From the IMG/VR virus record IMGVR_UViG_3300009093_000008, positions 2,282 to 66,281 of that record: DNA of 64,000 bases; one strand, given 5' to 3'. This document shows, one piece after another, positions 25,585-36,093 of this stretch. The notes beneath the pieces are model-generated. The model searched no databases. It worked only from the letters and a program-made list of their open reading frames with translations, and was not told the DNA's origin. This DNA comes from a virus. Positions within the stretch are counted from its first letter, which is position 1, and the number at the start of each line of letters is the position of its first letter. A program made the translations under genes and the position numbers.

Positions 25585-27074
25585 ACGAACGTGCCGTAGA
25601 GTATCCCAGTGTCCCAGCCCGAGTTACCAGGGGCCGGAAGAACGGGATACTGGAAGTAACCCCACTGTCCATACTTGGCAGGGATGTTACCGCCCGTGGC
25701 GGTGTAGGAAAGGCCGTATCCGGAACTGACGGGCACCTGCGCATTGGCCCCGTATCCTGCCCAGCTGTAATGATTGGCTACCTGCGTAGCGGTCAAAGAC
25801 CGATTGTAGATAGCTACTTCGCCCACCGTAAGACCGACAAGCGTATTACGCGAGGAGTTCGCTCCGATAACAACCGGGTTCGTGGTCACCGGCGGCGGGC
25901 TGAAGAATGACTGCGAAGACTTCACCGCACCGTTCACGTATCCCGTGATGCTGCGAATTCCGTACTGCCGCACCACCACGATATGTGACCACTGGTTCGT
26001 ACCCGCCAAGCTTCCCGCAGCGGCAACCACCAGCCCGGTATTGCCGTTCTGGCTAAAGACGACAGACCCATCTCCACGAATGTAGAGGGAGTATTCTGAC
26101 GTATCGTTGGTCTTGGCGATGATCCCATACGTATCCGTCACAAGCCCGGACAGCGCGACCGTAGGTTTAATCCAGGCCTCGATCGTCAAGTTGCTGGATA
26201 TCTGAAGCTGCGTAGAGTTCGGGATCGATATCTTGTCGTTCACCGTAGTGAACTTGCACGCCCCGCTAAAGGTACTACCGTCCGGGTTGTTGTACGGACC
26301 GCTCACACTCGGGATGATTCCAGGGTTAGTTGACGTTCCCGTGGCCGAGTTCTTTACGTAGCCAGTGACGCCCATGTACGCGCTGGAGTCGTACCCGAAT
26401 TGCGACAACTGCACGAGATCGAGATAGTAGATGTTCGTATTCGCCGAGTTCGTACACGTGACCGTGACCTTCAAGTAAAACGCATTCGACGGAGCCGCCC
26501 CGCCGAACGGAACCTGAGTCCACGCGTTCAGCGTGCCCGTGACCGTGGCCGAGGTCGTGGTGGATATCAAAGTAGCTGAAGAGTCATACCAAGATATGGC
26601 AGCGGTGAAGGTCTTCGAAGCAACAGTGCTGAAGACCCAGGCCGACCCCGCGTAGACGAGCCCCGGCAGCGTGGCGAAGTAGAACCCGGTCGTGGCCCCG
26701 GCGTTCGTCGTAGTCGCCGTCAGCCGCAACGAATGCGTACCGTCCTTTGCCTGCGTAGTGGACTGAGCGGCGGCGGCGTTGGACGCAACCCACGTTCCCA
26801 CGCCGGACTCGAAGCTCTGGTCCGCCGCCGACAAGACGTTGCCGAACTCGTTCAGGCGCCAGTATCCCACCGGCCCCGCATCCTGAATGATCGCCACGTC
26901 GTAAGGCGTCAACATCTGAGCCTGACTGAGCGCGAACTGGCTTTCGTGGACACCAGCGTTCGGGTTGTCTCCGAGGAAGACGGTGATGGCCTCGGTCGGC
27001 GACAGCGGGATGACCGGACCGGCGGCGTTGTTCAGCTGGTTTATGACGTCCGTAAGCGTAAGAACCCGAGGCAT
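25575..27074 (-). CDS. tail protein with carbohydrate-binding and LamG/ConA-like domains
   Basis: GYWRLNE, CBM4/9-like SFESG...W, TIEAWIKP...WSHIVVV...YVNG...EVAIYNRSLT. Confidence 0.8.
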   Translation of the reverse strand: MPRVLTLTDVINQLNNAAGPVIPLSPTEAITVFLGDNPNAGVHESQFALSQAQMLTPYDVAIIQDAGPVGYWRLNEFGNVLSAADQSFESGVGTWVASNAAAAQSTTQAKDGTHSLRLTATTTNAGATTGFYFATLPGLVYAGSAWVFSTVASKTFTAAISWYDSSATLISTTTSATVTGTLNAWTQVPFGGAAPSNAFYLKVTVTCTNSANTNIYYLDLVQLSQFGYDSSAYMGVTGYVKNSATGTSTNPGIIPSVSGPYNNPDGSTFSGACKFTTVNDKISIPNSTQLQISSNLTIEAWIKPTVALSGLVTDTYGIIAKTNDTSEYSLYIRGDGSVVFSQNGNTGLVVAAAGSLAGTNQWSHIVVVRQYGIRSITGYVNGAVKSSQSFFSPPPVTTNPVVIGANSSRNTLVGLTVGEVAIYNRSLTATQVANHYSWAGYGANAQVPVSSGYGLSYTATGGNIPAKYGQWGYFQYPVLPAPGNSGWDTGILYGTFVWS

Positions 27075-28453
27075 TAAGGCCCCCCTCCTGTCGCTATCCG
27101 GGCCGCCGTGATGTTGTACTGACGATATCCTACCAGGGTCCCCGTGACCTGGTTACTGACGACCAGGAAGGTATCCTCGATGCCCGGGAGGTAGCTGTTC
27201 TGGCTGTCCTGGACATACGTACTCTTCCAGGTGATGACGTCCCCGCTACGAATGTGTCCGCTGAAGGTCTCACTCGTAACGAACGATACCCGTTCTTCGG
27301 GCAGGGCAAAGGTGTGCAACTCCTGGCGCCCGCGAACCTGTGCCTGCCCGACGCTCTGAAAGTTGGAGTCCGCGATGTACTGGCCGAAGATGCCCTGATT
27401 GGGGAGGCCCGAAAACTGGCTTATCGACGTCGTGTCTTGGACCCTCGTCAACACGGGGGCGTCATAGTTGTACTGGAAGGTGATCAGCGCAGCGGCAGCC
27501 GGAGCGGTGTCGGAGTTGTTCGTCAGCGACCAGTTCCCTACGGCGTTCTTAACCATCAGCCACTGGGTGGTCGGGAGACCCAGCGTAGGATCGGCGATGG
27601 AAACGGTTTTGAAAACCCCTCCGATGACTAGTTCGGCATTGGGGTTTTGCGTGTCGGGGGTGAAGGTCATCGGCCACGTAGTCTGCGTTCCGTCCCCGAG
27701 CCATGCCTCTTGCTGCCGTGCCGTAAAAGAGGCTCCACGAAGTGTGATGGAGTTCCGGATCGACGAGGCATCCCACAGATACTGACAGTTCTTTTCATAC
27801 GTCCCGGTGAAGCCGGGAACGTAGTTTACGCCACTGACGTCTGACACATTGTCCGACAGGAAAGCGGTGGGAGCGCCCGCCTGCGTTTCGTTGTAGAAAT
27901 GAACGTCCCGATTCTCATCTATGAACCAGCCATATGTCGCAACGGTGCTTGCATAACCGCACACGGTCGTCAGGGCGCTACTCAAGTCGGAATAGACGAT
28001 CTGGAATCGCGGCAGCAGCGGGCCGGGGCTCACGTTGTTGGACGTCAACCCACAGTTGGCTTGAGAGACGATGGTTTTGACAACCTGATCAGCCGTTTGA
28101 TTGCTGAAGTCACCGAAGACGGTGGCGTGGTCCGCTAGGTAGGTCCAATCGGAACACTGGAGTTCCCACTCCTGAAGGGTTGAGCTGGTGACTAGGAAGT
28201 TCGGAACGGTCACTACGCCGGAGAATATGACCTCGTTCAAACCCAAATCTGTGAACACGATCGTGGAAAGGGGGGGAACCGATATGTTCACCCCCTGCTT
28301 TTCGAACCACAGGTAGAAAGTCGCGGTGGAAGACTGCCGCGTCCACTGTTGCGTGATCGTCCACGAAGCATCCTCAAGGTACGGCGACAGATCAACACCG
28401 TTGATCACGCACGAGTATTGAGGGTTGGAGATGTTATCGGCCGAGGCAACCAT
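27074..28453 (-). CDS. minor tail (hub/baseplate) protein
   Basis: Immediately downstream of the tape measure; beta-rich, WFIDENRDVHF. Confidence 0.7.
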   Translation of the reverse strand: MVASADNISNPQYSCVINGVDLSPYLEDASWTITQQWTRQSSTATFYLWFEKQGVNISVPPLSTIVFTDLGLNEVIFSGVVTVPNFLVTSSTLQEWELQCSDWTYLADHATVFGDFSNQTADQVVKTIVSQANCGLTSNNVSPGPLLPRFQIVYSDLSSALTTVCGYASTVATYGWFIDENRDVHFYNETQAGAPTAFLSDNVSDVSGVNYVPGFTGTYEKNCQYLWDASSIRNSITLRGASFTARQQEAWLGDGTQTTWPMTFTPDTQNPNAELVIGGVFKTVSIADPTLGLPTTQWLMVKNAVGNWSLTNNSDTAPAAAALITFQYNYDAPVLTRVQDTTSISQFSGLPNQGIFGQYIADSNFQSVGQAQVRGRQELHTFALPEERVSFVTSETFSGHIRSGDVITWKSTYVQDSQNSYLPGIEDTFLVVSNQVTGTLVGYRQYNITAARIATGGGP

Positions 28454-31400
28454 TAAGACCTCATGTTCACGCCAGCGGAACCGAGGTGCTTCTGAACGAA
28501 GTATTTGTCGATCTTATCCACGAAGGAACGCATACTACGATCGTCCATGATGGTGCAGCCGTCGAAGTTCCAGTGGTGATGGTGGTTGGTGATGTGGGTG
28601 TGCCCGCCGAAGCCACCGGAACGGATCGCCGACGCCGGACCCGCCGGGATGATCATCTCCCGGGGGTGGATCTCCGCCATGTGCGCCTGGTAGCCAGTGT
28701 CCCATGCCCCTACGGCGTAACCGCCGGGACGGGACGCGACAGCCGCGACAGAGCCATACCTGGCCAGGATGTACCGCACGGCCGCGACGATGTTGGCGAC
28801 CGGGTCATAGATGTTGCTCGACAGCTTCGGGTCCCGGTACGCCATGAACGTCGTCATGATGGTCTGCATCAGACCACGCGAGGGGTCGCCCGCCTTGGCG
28901 TTCGAGTCAGTCAGGTTGATCGCGTTCGGGTTACCGCCGGACTCGCGCATGATGATCGTGTTGATCGCGCTCGACCACGACGAGGGCCAGCCTTCCGCAG
29001 CCTCGGCGGCAGCGATCCAGGTAGCCACGTTGCCACCAGGGGCCGTCCCAGCGCCCGCGACACCACCCGGGCGGCGGATACCCATGAACGTGTTGCCAGG
29101 CAGTGAGAGCGGGTCGTAGCCGATCGGACGAGACGTGTTGTACGCGTCGAAGATCTTGCCAGGGCTCACGTAGAACCCGACGTGACCCGGGAGCCCGGCC
29201 GGAGCGCCCGACGTGCCCGGGTTGTAGAACGCCAAGTCGCCGGGGACGGCGGTGGACTCCGACACCGCGACGGAAGCGCCCCACTGCGCCGAGGACACGC
29301 GCGGCAGGCTCACGCCCTGAGCGGCGTAGGACTTCTGCACGATGCCGGAACAGTCGTTGTTACCCCAGGTGTACGGCAGCCCGGAGAAGTGAGAGATGGC
29401 GTACGCCAGTGCCGCCGCCTCCTGCGCGACCGACACCGAACCGGTAACACCGTTGCCGGAGGCTACGGGGGCGACGCCTAGTTCTTGGTCCTTCTGCGAG
29501 ATGAAACTGAAGATCCCGTTTACAGCCATGTTGGCCGCGCCCTTACCCGCAGCAGCGGCAAGCGGCGAGTCCGGGAGCGCACCCACGGCCGCCTTCAGCG
29601 GCGCCAGAGCCACCGAAGCGGCAGCGATCAGCGCACCCTGGATGAACACCTTGCCCAGGCCCGCCAGAGCCGACACGACCAGACCGGGGATGCCTGCCAC
29701 CGTCTTAGCTGCGCCAGCCACGGCGCCCGCAGCGGTAGCCACGGCGCCACCAATCTGCGAGGCGCCAGACGGCCCGCTCACGGGAGAAGCAGAGCCGTTT
29801 ACGTATGACGTAAGCGTGGCAGCATCGACGAAGTGCCCGCCGCTCGGGTTGGTGTCCTGGTAGGTGATGCCGTTTACGCTGTCCTTCCACGCACCGTGGA
29901 ACACGCCGCTGGACACGCCGCCGCTGACGATACCGCCCGCGTCGAAGTGCGGGATGCTCTCGACCACACCGCCTCGGGCAAAGCTCGCGTTGATAGCGTC
30001 GATAGCGGCCTTCCCGCCGATACCGCGCGTCGCCTGAGGGGTGAGGATGCCCTCGCCCGGAGACAGGTACGCGTGAACCGAGTCAACCCCCGGGCCGTAG
30101 CCCGGCAGCACACCGCCGGACGCGAAGCTGACGTTCGGGATGTGCGCGCCGTCGAGCGCATGCACGCCGACGATGTCCAGCACCTTCGCCGCACCGCCGG
30201 TGAAAGCGTTCACCACGTTGATCACGACGTTAATCGGATCCGCAACGACCTTCTTAACCGCATTCCACGCCGAACTAATGCCTGAAACGATCGCGTTCCA
30301 CATCGTGATGGCGGCCGAGTGGATGTTATCCCACACGCCCTGAATGACGTTCTGGATGCCAGTAAATACGATCTGGGCTGTCGCCTTAAGCGTATTCCAG
30401 ATCCCAGAAACCGTGTTGGATATCGCGTTCCACATCGTAGTGGCAGCGGCCTGGATGTTATTCCATATTCCTTGAATGGTGTTCTGCATCGTAGTGAATA
30501 TGAGTTTGGCTGCGTTGAGAAGCGCATTCCAGATCGTTTGGATAACGGTCGAGATGGTATTCCAAATTGCAGTTCCGACCGCCAAAAGCGTATTCCACAC
30601 GCCCTGGATTGTCTGCGAGATCGCATTCCAGATCGCCGACGCTGCGACCTGAAGAGCGTTCCAGATCGTTTGGATGGTCGTGGATATCGCATTCCAGGTA
30701 GAGGTGGCGATCACCAGAAGCGTATTCCACACGCCCGAGATGGTGGCCATGATGGCATTCCATGTCGCATTCGAAGCAGTCAGAAGCGCATTCCATACCG
30801 TCGTGATAACAGTCTGGATTTCACCGAATACCGTTGTGGCAAGGGCCTTTACCTGGCCCCAGTTCGTACCGAAGAAGCTGAATATCGCATTCCAGACCGC
30901 GACCGTTACGGACTGGATCGTATTCCACACATTCGTTATCGTCGCAGAGATCGCGTTCCAGACGGTTGTCGCGGCGGACCTCAACGCATTCCAGGTCGCC
31001 ATGATAGCCGTCGACATGCCGGAGAAAATTACATCCGCCGCTACCTTGAGGCCAGACCATATCTGCTTCAGGGCGTTACCGATGTTCGTCCATGCGGCAT
31101 TCCAGGTGGCGGGGATGGCATCCCAGGCATGCGAGAGCGCGTTAAAGACGTTCCCGAAGGCATGGCCGACGTTCTCGAAGGCGTGAACGACGTTTTCGAT
31201 GGCGTGCCCGACGTTCTCGAAGGCGTGCCCGACGTTCTCGGCGGCGTGCCCGAGCTGCTGGTGAAACAGGATGACGCCACCGATGACGGTACCCAGCGCC
31301 ACCATCACGGACGCTACCTTGATGATGGTCGATATGAGATGTTCGTGCGCCGCAGTGAACCCGACCAGAGGGTCGAGGATCTCCACAAGGAGCTTCATAA

Positions 31401-33444
31401 GCTCCGTCAGGACGGGGAGCAGCAGGTTGCCTACCACAACCTCGGCGTTCTTGAATGCCGCGCTCAGCTTCTCCTGGTTCCCCTTGAAGGTGTCGCTCGC
31501 CGCCGCCGCACCCTTGGCCGCCGAGCCCTGGGCATCCACGCTCTTGGTGTACTTGTCGAGCCCCGCCTGGCCACCCTCGATGACAGCCTGCATCTCCTTG
31601 GCGTTCTTGCCGAACAAGTCCGTCAGGATGGCCGAACGGCTGGAAGCACTACCGTTCTCATCAAGGCGCATGTTGTAGCCCTTGATGACCTTGTCCACCG
31701 CACCAGCGCTCTTGCCGAACGTATCCGTCAGGATGGTGTGATACTGGGTAGCGCTCGAAGCCCCTTCCAGCTGCTTAGTCAGCGCATCAAACTTCGGAAC
31801 GGCATCCGCCGCCGAACCGCCGAAGATGCCCACCGCAACGGAGGACTTGTATTGAGCCTGCGCAGCGGCGGTACTCGCCCCCGCCGTGCCGTCAATGTAG
31901 CCCTTGAGCTGCTGAAGCGCGGGGCCTACCCCGATGAACTGGCCTTGAGCGTTCTTGAACGACAGACCAGCGCCCTCAATCGCCGCCTGCGCCTTGCTGG
32001 TCGGCTCGACGAGGGACTGGAGATCGGAACCGATCGACATGATCGCCTTGCGACCACTACCGACCTTGTCTGTCAGGTCGAGGAACAGGCCGCCCATCTG
32101 CTGCACCGTAACGCCAGACCCCTGCAATGCGACACCGAGACGCATGATCGTGGATTGCAGCTGATCCAGGCCTACGCCGGACTTGTTCGACGCGTTGTAG
32201 AGCACGTCAGCAGCGCCAGCCGCGTCCTGCGTGTTCAGGTGGAAGATCTTCATGGTGTTGGCAAGGTCTTTGGTGGTCGAGTCCAAGTTGTTGCCGGACG
32301 CCTCCGCCAGGTCGGTCGCAGCGGACATGAACTGCATCGCGTCCTTGGTGCTCAGGGCATGCCCTGCCACCTCGGCCAGCTGACCTGACACCGGCCCGTA
32401 CGCGGCCATCATCTGCTGAGCAGAGAACTCAACCTGCCCGGCCGTGGCCAAGAACGCCGTACCGATGCTAGATGCGGCCTTAGACGAGATGTCCGCAGTG
32501 TTCTGCATCTGCTGCTGACTCTTCTGGAAAGCCTCGGCAGCAGGGGCGGTGATAGCGACGATACCGACCAGGGCGGCCCCAGCCGCCGCCAGACCCATCG
32601 CCAGCGGACCGGCTGCGGTGGAACCCGAGAGCATCCCCTGAGCCATGCCCGAGAGGCTGCCAACGGTGTTCTTCGCGGCGCCGTCCACATTCTTGACGGA
32701 ACCCGCTGCCTTTTCCGCAGCATCGCCAGCGGTCTTCGTAGAGGCCCCGGCCTTCTCCTGCGCGCCCCCGAAACCCAGCACCGACGCCGCAGCGTTGGCC
32801 ATGGTCCCCATCAGGCCCTTGGCCTTGGTGTCGGCCGCCTCGGTAGCCGTGGCGTCCTTCGCCGCCGATACGGCGGTCTTCTCGTGGGCGGTGCCCATGC
32901 CTCCGACAGCGGCGGCGGCGTTGGCCGCGTCCGCCGCAACGGTCTTAGCGGAGCTGCTGACCTTGCCCTCTGCCGTCGCGGCCGAGGTGGCAGCCGTGGC
33001 GGTCTTGGTGTGGGCAGACTCGACAGTCCCCAGCGCCCCGGCAAGGTTCGCGGAGTCGGTAGCGAGGGCCCCGGAACTCTTGGCCGCAGAGTCGAGACTT
33101 GCGGCGTTCCTAGTGGCCGAAGTCGAGGCCTTGTCGTGCGCGCCCGCAACAGCGGTCTGAGCGTTCGCCAGGTTCGCCGAGCTTGAAGTGAGCGCCTGAG
33201 ACTTCTGCGCGTCACCCTCAAGCGCCGTAGCGTGCTTCTGGGCTGCCACCGAGGAGTTGTTGAAGGACACCGCCGACTTGTCCATCTCGGCGCGCTGAGC
33301 CTGCAAAGCGGCGGTGGTTTCAGCCGCCGCCGCCTTGATCTTCGCTTCCATCTCGACAGCCTGAGCGCTGATCTGTTTGAAGGCAGCGGAGACGCCGGAG
33401 TCAAGGGCCTTGATCGTCAGAAGTAGCGCGACGTCGTCAGCCAT
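28453..33444 (-). CDS. tape measure protein with NlpC/P60 and lytic transglycosylase domains
   Basis: 1663 aa, Ala-rich; TP901-like core; 11-residue Trp repeats; YTWG..DCSG...HVG (NlpC/P60); RESGGNPNAIN..D.NA..G.PSRGLMQ (SLT). Confidence 0.93.
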   Translation of the reverse strand: MADDVALLLTIKALDSGVSAAFKQISAQAVEMEAKIKAAAAETTAALQAQRAEMDKSAVSFNNSSVAAQKHATALEGDAQKSQALTSSSANLANAQTAVAGAHDKASTSATRNAASLDSAAKSSGALATDSANLAGALGTVESAHTKTATAATSAATAEGKVSSSAKTVAADAANAAAAVGGMGTAHEKTAVSAAKDATATEAADTKAKGLMGTMANAAASVLGFGGAQEKAGASTKTAGDAAEKAAGSVKNVDGAAKNTVGSLSGMAQGMLSGSTAAGPLAMGLAAAGAALVGIVAITAPAAEAFQKSQQQMQNTADISSKAASSIGTAFLATAGQVEFSAQQMMAAYGPVSGQLAEVAGHALSTKDAMQFMSAATDLAEASGNNLDSTTKDLANTMKIFHLNTQDAAGAADVLYNASNKSGVGLDQLQSTIMRLGVALQGSGVTVQQMGGLFLDLTDKVGSGRKAIMSIGSDLQSLVEPTSKAQAAIEGAGLSFKNAQGQFIGVGPALQQLKGYIDGTAGASTAAAQAQYKSSVAVGIFGGSAADAVPKFDALTKQLEGASSATQYHTILTDTFGKSAGAVDKVIKGYNMRLDENGSASSRSAILTDLFGKNAKEMQAVIEGGQAGLDKYTKSVDAQGSAAKGAAAASDTFKGNQEKLSAAFKNAEVVVGNLLLPVLTELMKLLVEILDPLVGFTAAHEHLISTIIKVASVMVALGTVIGGVILFHQQLGHAAENVGHAFENVGHAIENVVHAFENVGHAFGNVFNALSHAWDAIPATWNAAWTNIGNALKQIWSGLKVAADVIFSGMSTAIMATWNALRSAATTVWNAISATITNVWNTIQSVTVAVWNAIFSFFGTNWGQVKALATTVFGEIQTVITTVWNALLTASNATWNAIMATISGVWNTLLVIATSTWNAISTTIQTIWNALQVAASAIWNAISQTIQGVWNTLLAVGTAIWNTISTVIQTIWNALLNAAKLIFTTMQNTIQGIWNNIQAAATTMWNAISNTVSGIWNTLKATAQIVFTGIQNVIQGVWDNIHSAAITMWNAIVSGISSAWNAVKKVVADPINVVINVVNAFTGGAAKVLDIVGVHALDGAHIPNVSFASGGVLPGYGPGVDSVHAYLSPGEGILTPQATRGIGGKAAIDAINASFARGGVVESIPHFDAGGIVSGGVSSGVFHGAWKDSVNGITYQDTNPSGGHFVDAATLTSYVNGSASPVSGPSGASQIGGAVATAAGAVAGAAKTVAGIPGLVVSALAGLGKVFIQGALIAAASVALAPLKAAVGALPDSPLAAAAGKGAANMAVNGIFSFISQKDQELGVAPVASGNGVTGSVSVAQEAAALAYAISHFSGLPYTWGNNDCSGIVQKSYAAQGVSLPRVSSAQWGASVAVSESTAVPGDLAFYNPGTSGAPAGLPGHVGFYVSPGKIFDAYNTSRPIGYDPLSLPGNTFMGIRRPGGVAGAGTAPGGNVATWIAAAEAAEGWPSSWSSAINTIIMRESGGNPNAINLTDSNAKAGDPSRGLMQTIMTTFMAYRDPKLSSNIYDPVANIVAAVRYILARYGSVAAVASRPGGYAVGAWDTGYQAHMAEIHPREMIIPAGPASAIRSGGFGGHTHITNHHHHWNFDGCTIMDDRSMRSFVDKIDKYFVQKHLGSAGVNMRS
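31147..31252 (-). repeat. 21-nt tandem repeat (about 5 copies) within the tape measure gene
   Basis: Encodes (G)HAFENV-like heptads: HAAENVG HAFENVG HAIENVV HAFENVG HAFGNVF. Confidence 0.8.
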
Positions 33445-33739
33445 TCATCCCCTCTCGTCGCTCCGCTGCCGCAGCGCTCATCATCTCGAAAGCTCTCTCT
33501 GTGTCGGCGTCTCGGCTGGGATCGGATCCACCACCGTCTTGCTCCGCCGCGAGCTTGCCTTCGAGAGTCATGATCTCCAGATAGTCACGGATCTTCGCCT
33601 GGGGCCAGAGATGCAGCTCCTCTAGACGAATACCGAACCTGGTCCAAAACGCCTCACGAAGCCGAAACTCCGTCACTATCGGGGGATGCTTCTCCGGATC
33701 CCCCGTCCGCTTCACCGCCATCAGCAGCTGCTCCGGGAA
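33437..33739 (-). CDS. tail assembly chaperone, frameshift extension (GT-like)
   Basis: ORF between chaperone and tape measure in the +1 frame, overlapping the chaperone 3' end; no obvious own RBS. Confidence 0.6.
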   Translation of the reverse strand, partial: FPEQLLMAVKRTGDPEKHPPIVTEFRLREAFWTRFGIRLEELHLWPQAKIRDYLEIMTLEGKLAAEQDGGGSDPSRDADTERAFEMMSAAAAERREGMNG

Positions 33740-34106
33740 AGTCGGCCTCACGGTCCGGAACGGCCTTGATGTGCGAGACGAACAGTTCGAGGATCTTCCG
33801 GGGAAGACGACCCATGGACTGCCGCTTCTCCTTGATGTTGCCGCACGGTAGCGGCTTGTCGTTGGCGTCGGTGAGGTTCCACGCGATGAGAGACTGAGCG
33901 CCCATCTCGATCAGGTACGCGCCCTGATCGAAGTTGCCCTCGGCCTTCACCTCGGCGGTAGCCGGATCCAGCACGGCGCGCATACTCACCAATGCGCGCT
34001 GCGCCGCCAGCTCCGAGTCAGAGTCGAGGTAGACCTTCAGCTCAGCCCAGTAGCCGTTGCCGAGATCTACCTTCGCGACCTCTTCATACTCGCTCAGAAA
34101 GCCCAT
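33654..34106 (-). CDS. tail assembly chaperone
   Basis: Between major tail and tape measure genes; LIAWNLTD motif. Confidence 0.75.
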   Translation of the reverse strand: MGFLSEYEEVAKVDLGNGYWAELKVYLDSDSELAAQRALVSMRAVLDPATAEVKAEGNFDQGAYLIEMGAQSLIAWNLTDANDKPLPCGNIKEKRQSMGRLPRKILELFVSHIKAVPDREADFPGAAADGGEADGGSGEASPDSDGVSAS

Positions 34107-34138
34107 GGGGCTGCGTTCCTTTCAGGGGGAAGGGTTGG

Positions 34139-35389
34139 TTAGTACGGAAGGTAGGTTGCGTTCACCATCGTTGCCGAGATGGTCTTGGCGGTCACCGGGT
34201 CGAACCCCATGTTGAAGTTCAACGTGGTCGTGACGATGTCCTTCATGGTGATCGTGTCGCTCAGCGTGTTGATGCGGACGTACGGCATGTTGAACGTGAT
34301 CGTCCCGCCGTTCGACGGGTGAACGAACGTCAGCACCATCGCGCCAAGCGAGGTGTTGTTCTTCATGAGGTTGAAGTAACCCCAGTCCGCGTCGTTCAGG
34401 TTGTGGAACACCACGTCTGCCTTGCCGCCGACCGTCAGGGCAAGCGGAGTGAGGAACTGGAGTTCGTGGCTGCCGTTGAGGGTGTAGGTGTCCTTCAGGC
34501 CGTTGTCGATGGTCAGATCGACACTGATCGCTTGCGCCACCAGCTGGCTGTTCAGGGTCAGAGAACCCTCGGCGAACACATACGGGAACTCCTGCACGTA
34601 CGAGGTAGCCGTGGGCGGGTCGAGGACGGTCGCCGTCTTGGCCATCATGTCAACCGTCTGGGAGACCTCGGAGTTCGTGGCCTGCACAGAAAGGCTGTAC
34701 TTGTTCACCTTGGCACCGGCGAACTGGATCGACTGCGTACCGCCGATGTTCTTCTCGACCGTCAGCGACGGGATGTTGTCCGACTGCACGATGGTGTGGG
34801 TGAACGGAGCCACCACCGTAGCCGCAGCCGCGCCGGTCAGGTGCGTGAAGTTGAACGGAGCGTCCACGGTGACCACGGAGCCGACCAGGTTCGAGACCTT
34901 CCGGACCTCGGACGTGGTCGCGGGCGGACCCGCGCCGTTGACGTCCACCTGGCAGATCTGGCCGATCGCCCAGCCGGTGGGGCTCGTCACGGTGAAGTTG
35001 CTGTCACCCGCGTTGATCGCACCCACCGTCGTGGTCGAGTGCGTAGGGGTTGAACCCGTGACACCAGCGCCACCGCCGGAAGCGGTCGGGCCAGAGCCGG
35101 TAGCCCCGCCGTCGCCGCCGATAGCCGCCGGGATCAGAAGCCCCGCCTGGGTCGGGAACAGAGGGCCATCGATGGAACCGGCGCTCTTACGCTGCCCCTG
35201 CAACGCGTAGATCTGGGCGTCTCGAACGCCCTGCATGATCGAGGGCCAGAACAGCCCCGGGTCGAGTTCCAGTTTGTTGCCCGTCATGGGCAGGAACGTG
35301 GTTGCCGCCACAGGAGTACCGAAGACGGTCTCCTTGGCGAGGCCTGTCGCCGACTTGACGCCGAATCGAGCTTGAACGGCTGTGGTCAC
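34139..35389 (-). CDS. major tail (tube) protein
   Basis: GLAKET.FGTPV...; SLTVEK...F.GAKVN...L; position in the tail module. Confidence 0.85.
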   Translation of the reverse strand: MTTAVQARFGVKSATGLAKETVFGTPVAATTFLPMTGNKLELDPGLFWPSIMQGVRDAQIYALQGQRKSAGSIDGPLFPTQAGLLIPAAIGGDGGATGSGPTASGGGAGVTGSTPTHSTTTVGAINAGDSNFTVTSPTGWAIGQICQVDVNGAGPPATTSEVRKVSNLVGSVVTVDAPFNFTHLTGAAAATVVAPFTHTIVQSDNIPSLTVEKNIGGTQSIQFAGAKVNKYSLSVQATNSEVSQTVDMMAKTATVLDPPTATSYVQEFPYVFAEGSLTLNSQLVAQAISVDLTIDNGLKDTYTLNGSHELQFLTPLALTVGGKADVVFHNLNDADWGYFNLMKNNTSLGAMVLTFVHPSNGGTITFNMPYVRINTLSDTITMKDIVTTTLNFNMGFDPVTAKTISATMVNATYLPY

Positions 35390-35419
35390 TAACCTCCGAG
35401 GGGGGCTTGCACGTGCGTC

Positions 35420-35623
35420 CTACTCGACGCTTTTGTCTTCTTTCAGCTTACTATCTGCCTTGTCCTTCGGCGATGCCTTCGGGACTACTTCCGTGAAGTC
35501 CCCGCGCTTCAGCAGGGTTTCCGCCACCGAATCGAGGTAGACCTTCTCTTCGTCCACCTTCACCAGGCCTACGTCCTGGAAGAACGTGTCCTGCTGGCCG
35601 TTGAACTTCAGTCGTTTCGTCAT
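35420..35623 (-). CDS. hypothetical small virion-associated protein
   Basis: 67 aa, ATGA-coupled within the head-tail module. Confidence 0.55.
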   Translation of the reverse strand: MTKRLKFNGQQDTFFQDVGLVKVDEEKVYLDSVAETLLKRGDFTEVVPKASPKDKADSKLKEDKSVE

Positions 35624-36093
35624 AGCGAAAACGCCTTTCTGAGTGCTTCCAAGTAGCTGGCTATCAGCTCAGTCCTGGTGTTTTCCAGGGCCCTTTGTGG
35701 GAAGTTATTCGGCTTCGTTCCCGGATGGTGAACCACCGCCGCAAAGAACTCGGTACCGCTCTTATCATGCCAGTGCAAAGCTTGCGCCGCAACGGGCTCG
35801 ATGATGTGCGGAGCGGTACCGTGAACCACATACGGCGCATAGGGAACGTTCGAATGGAACTGGAGTTCCACAAAGAGCGGGTCGGTCTGGCGCTGATAGC
35901 GCAGAGAATCCCGCAACCGACCAGTGCTAACGGGGGCTTCACGCCGCAGCTCGTCAGCGACCAGCGGCCCGGCGATGTCCGCCCACGCCACGGTTGCGGC
36001 CTTCCAGTACAACGGACTGCCCTCGAACCGCGTGATCATCTTCGCCATGCTGTCGCCGAAGAAAGATTCCAGCGAAATCACGCGTGTAGCCAT
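35620..36093 (-). CDS. HK97 gp10-like tail completion/neck protein
   Basis: APV.TGRLR.S...YAPYV..GT.PH.I...V.HPGTKPN.F. Confidence 0.8.
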   Translation of the reverse strand: MATRVISLESFFGDSMAKMITRFEGSPLYWKAATVAWADIAGPLVADELRREAPVSTGRLRDSLRYQRQTDPLFVELQFHSNVPYAPYVVHGTAPHIIEPVAAQALHWHDKSGTEFFAAVVHHPGTKPNNFPQRALENTRTELIASYLEALRKAFSL

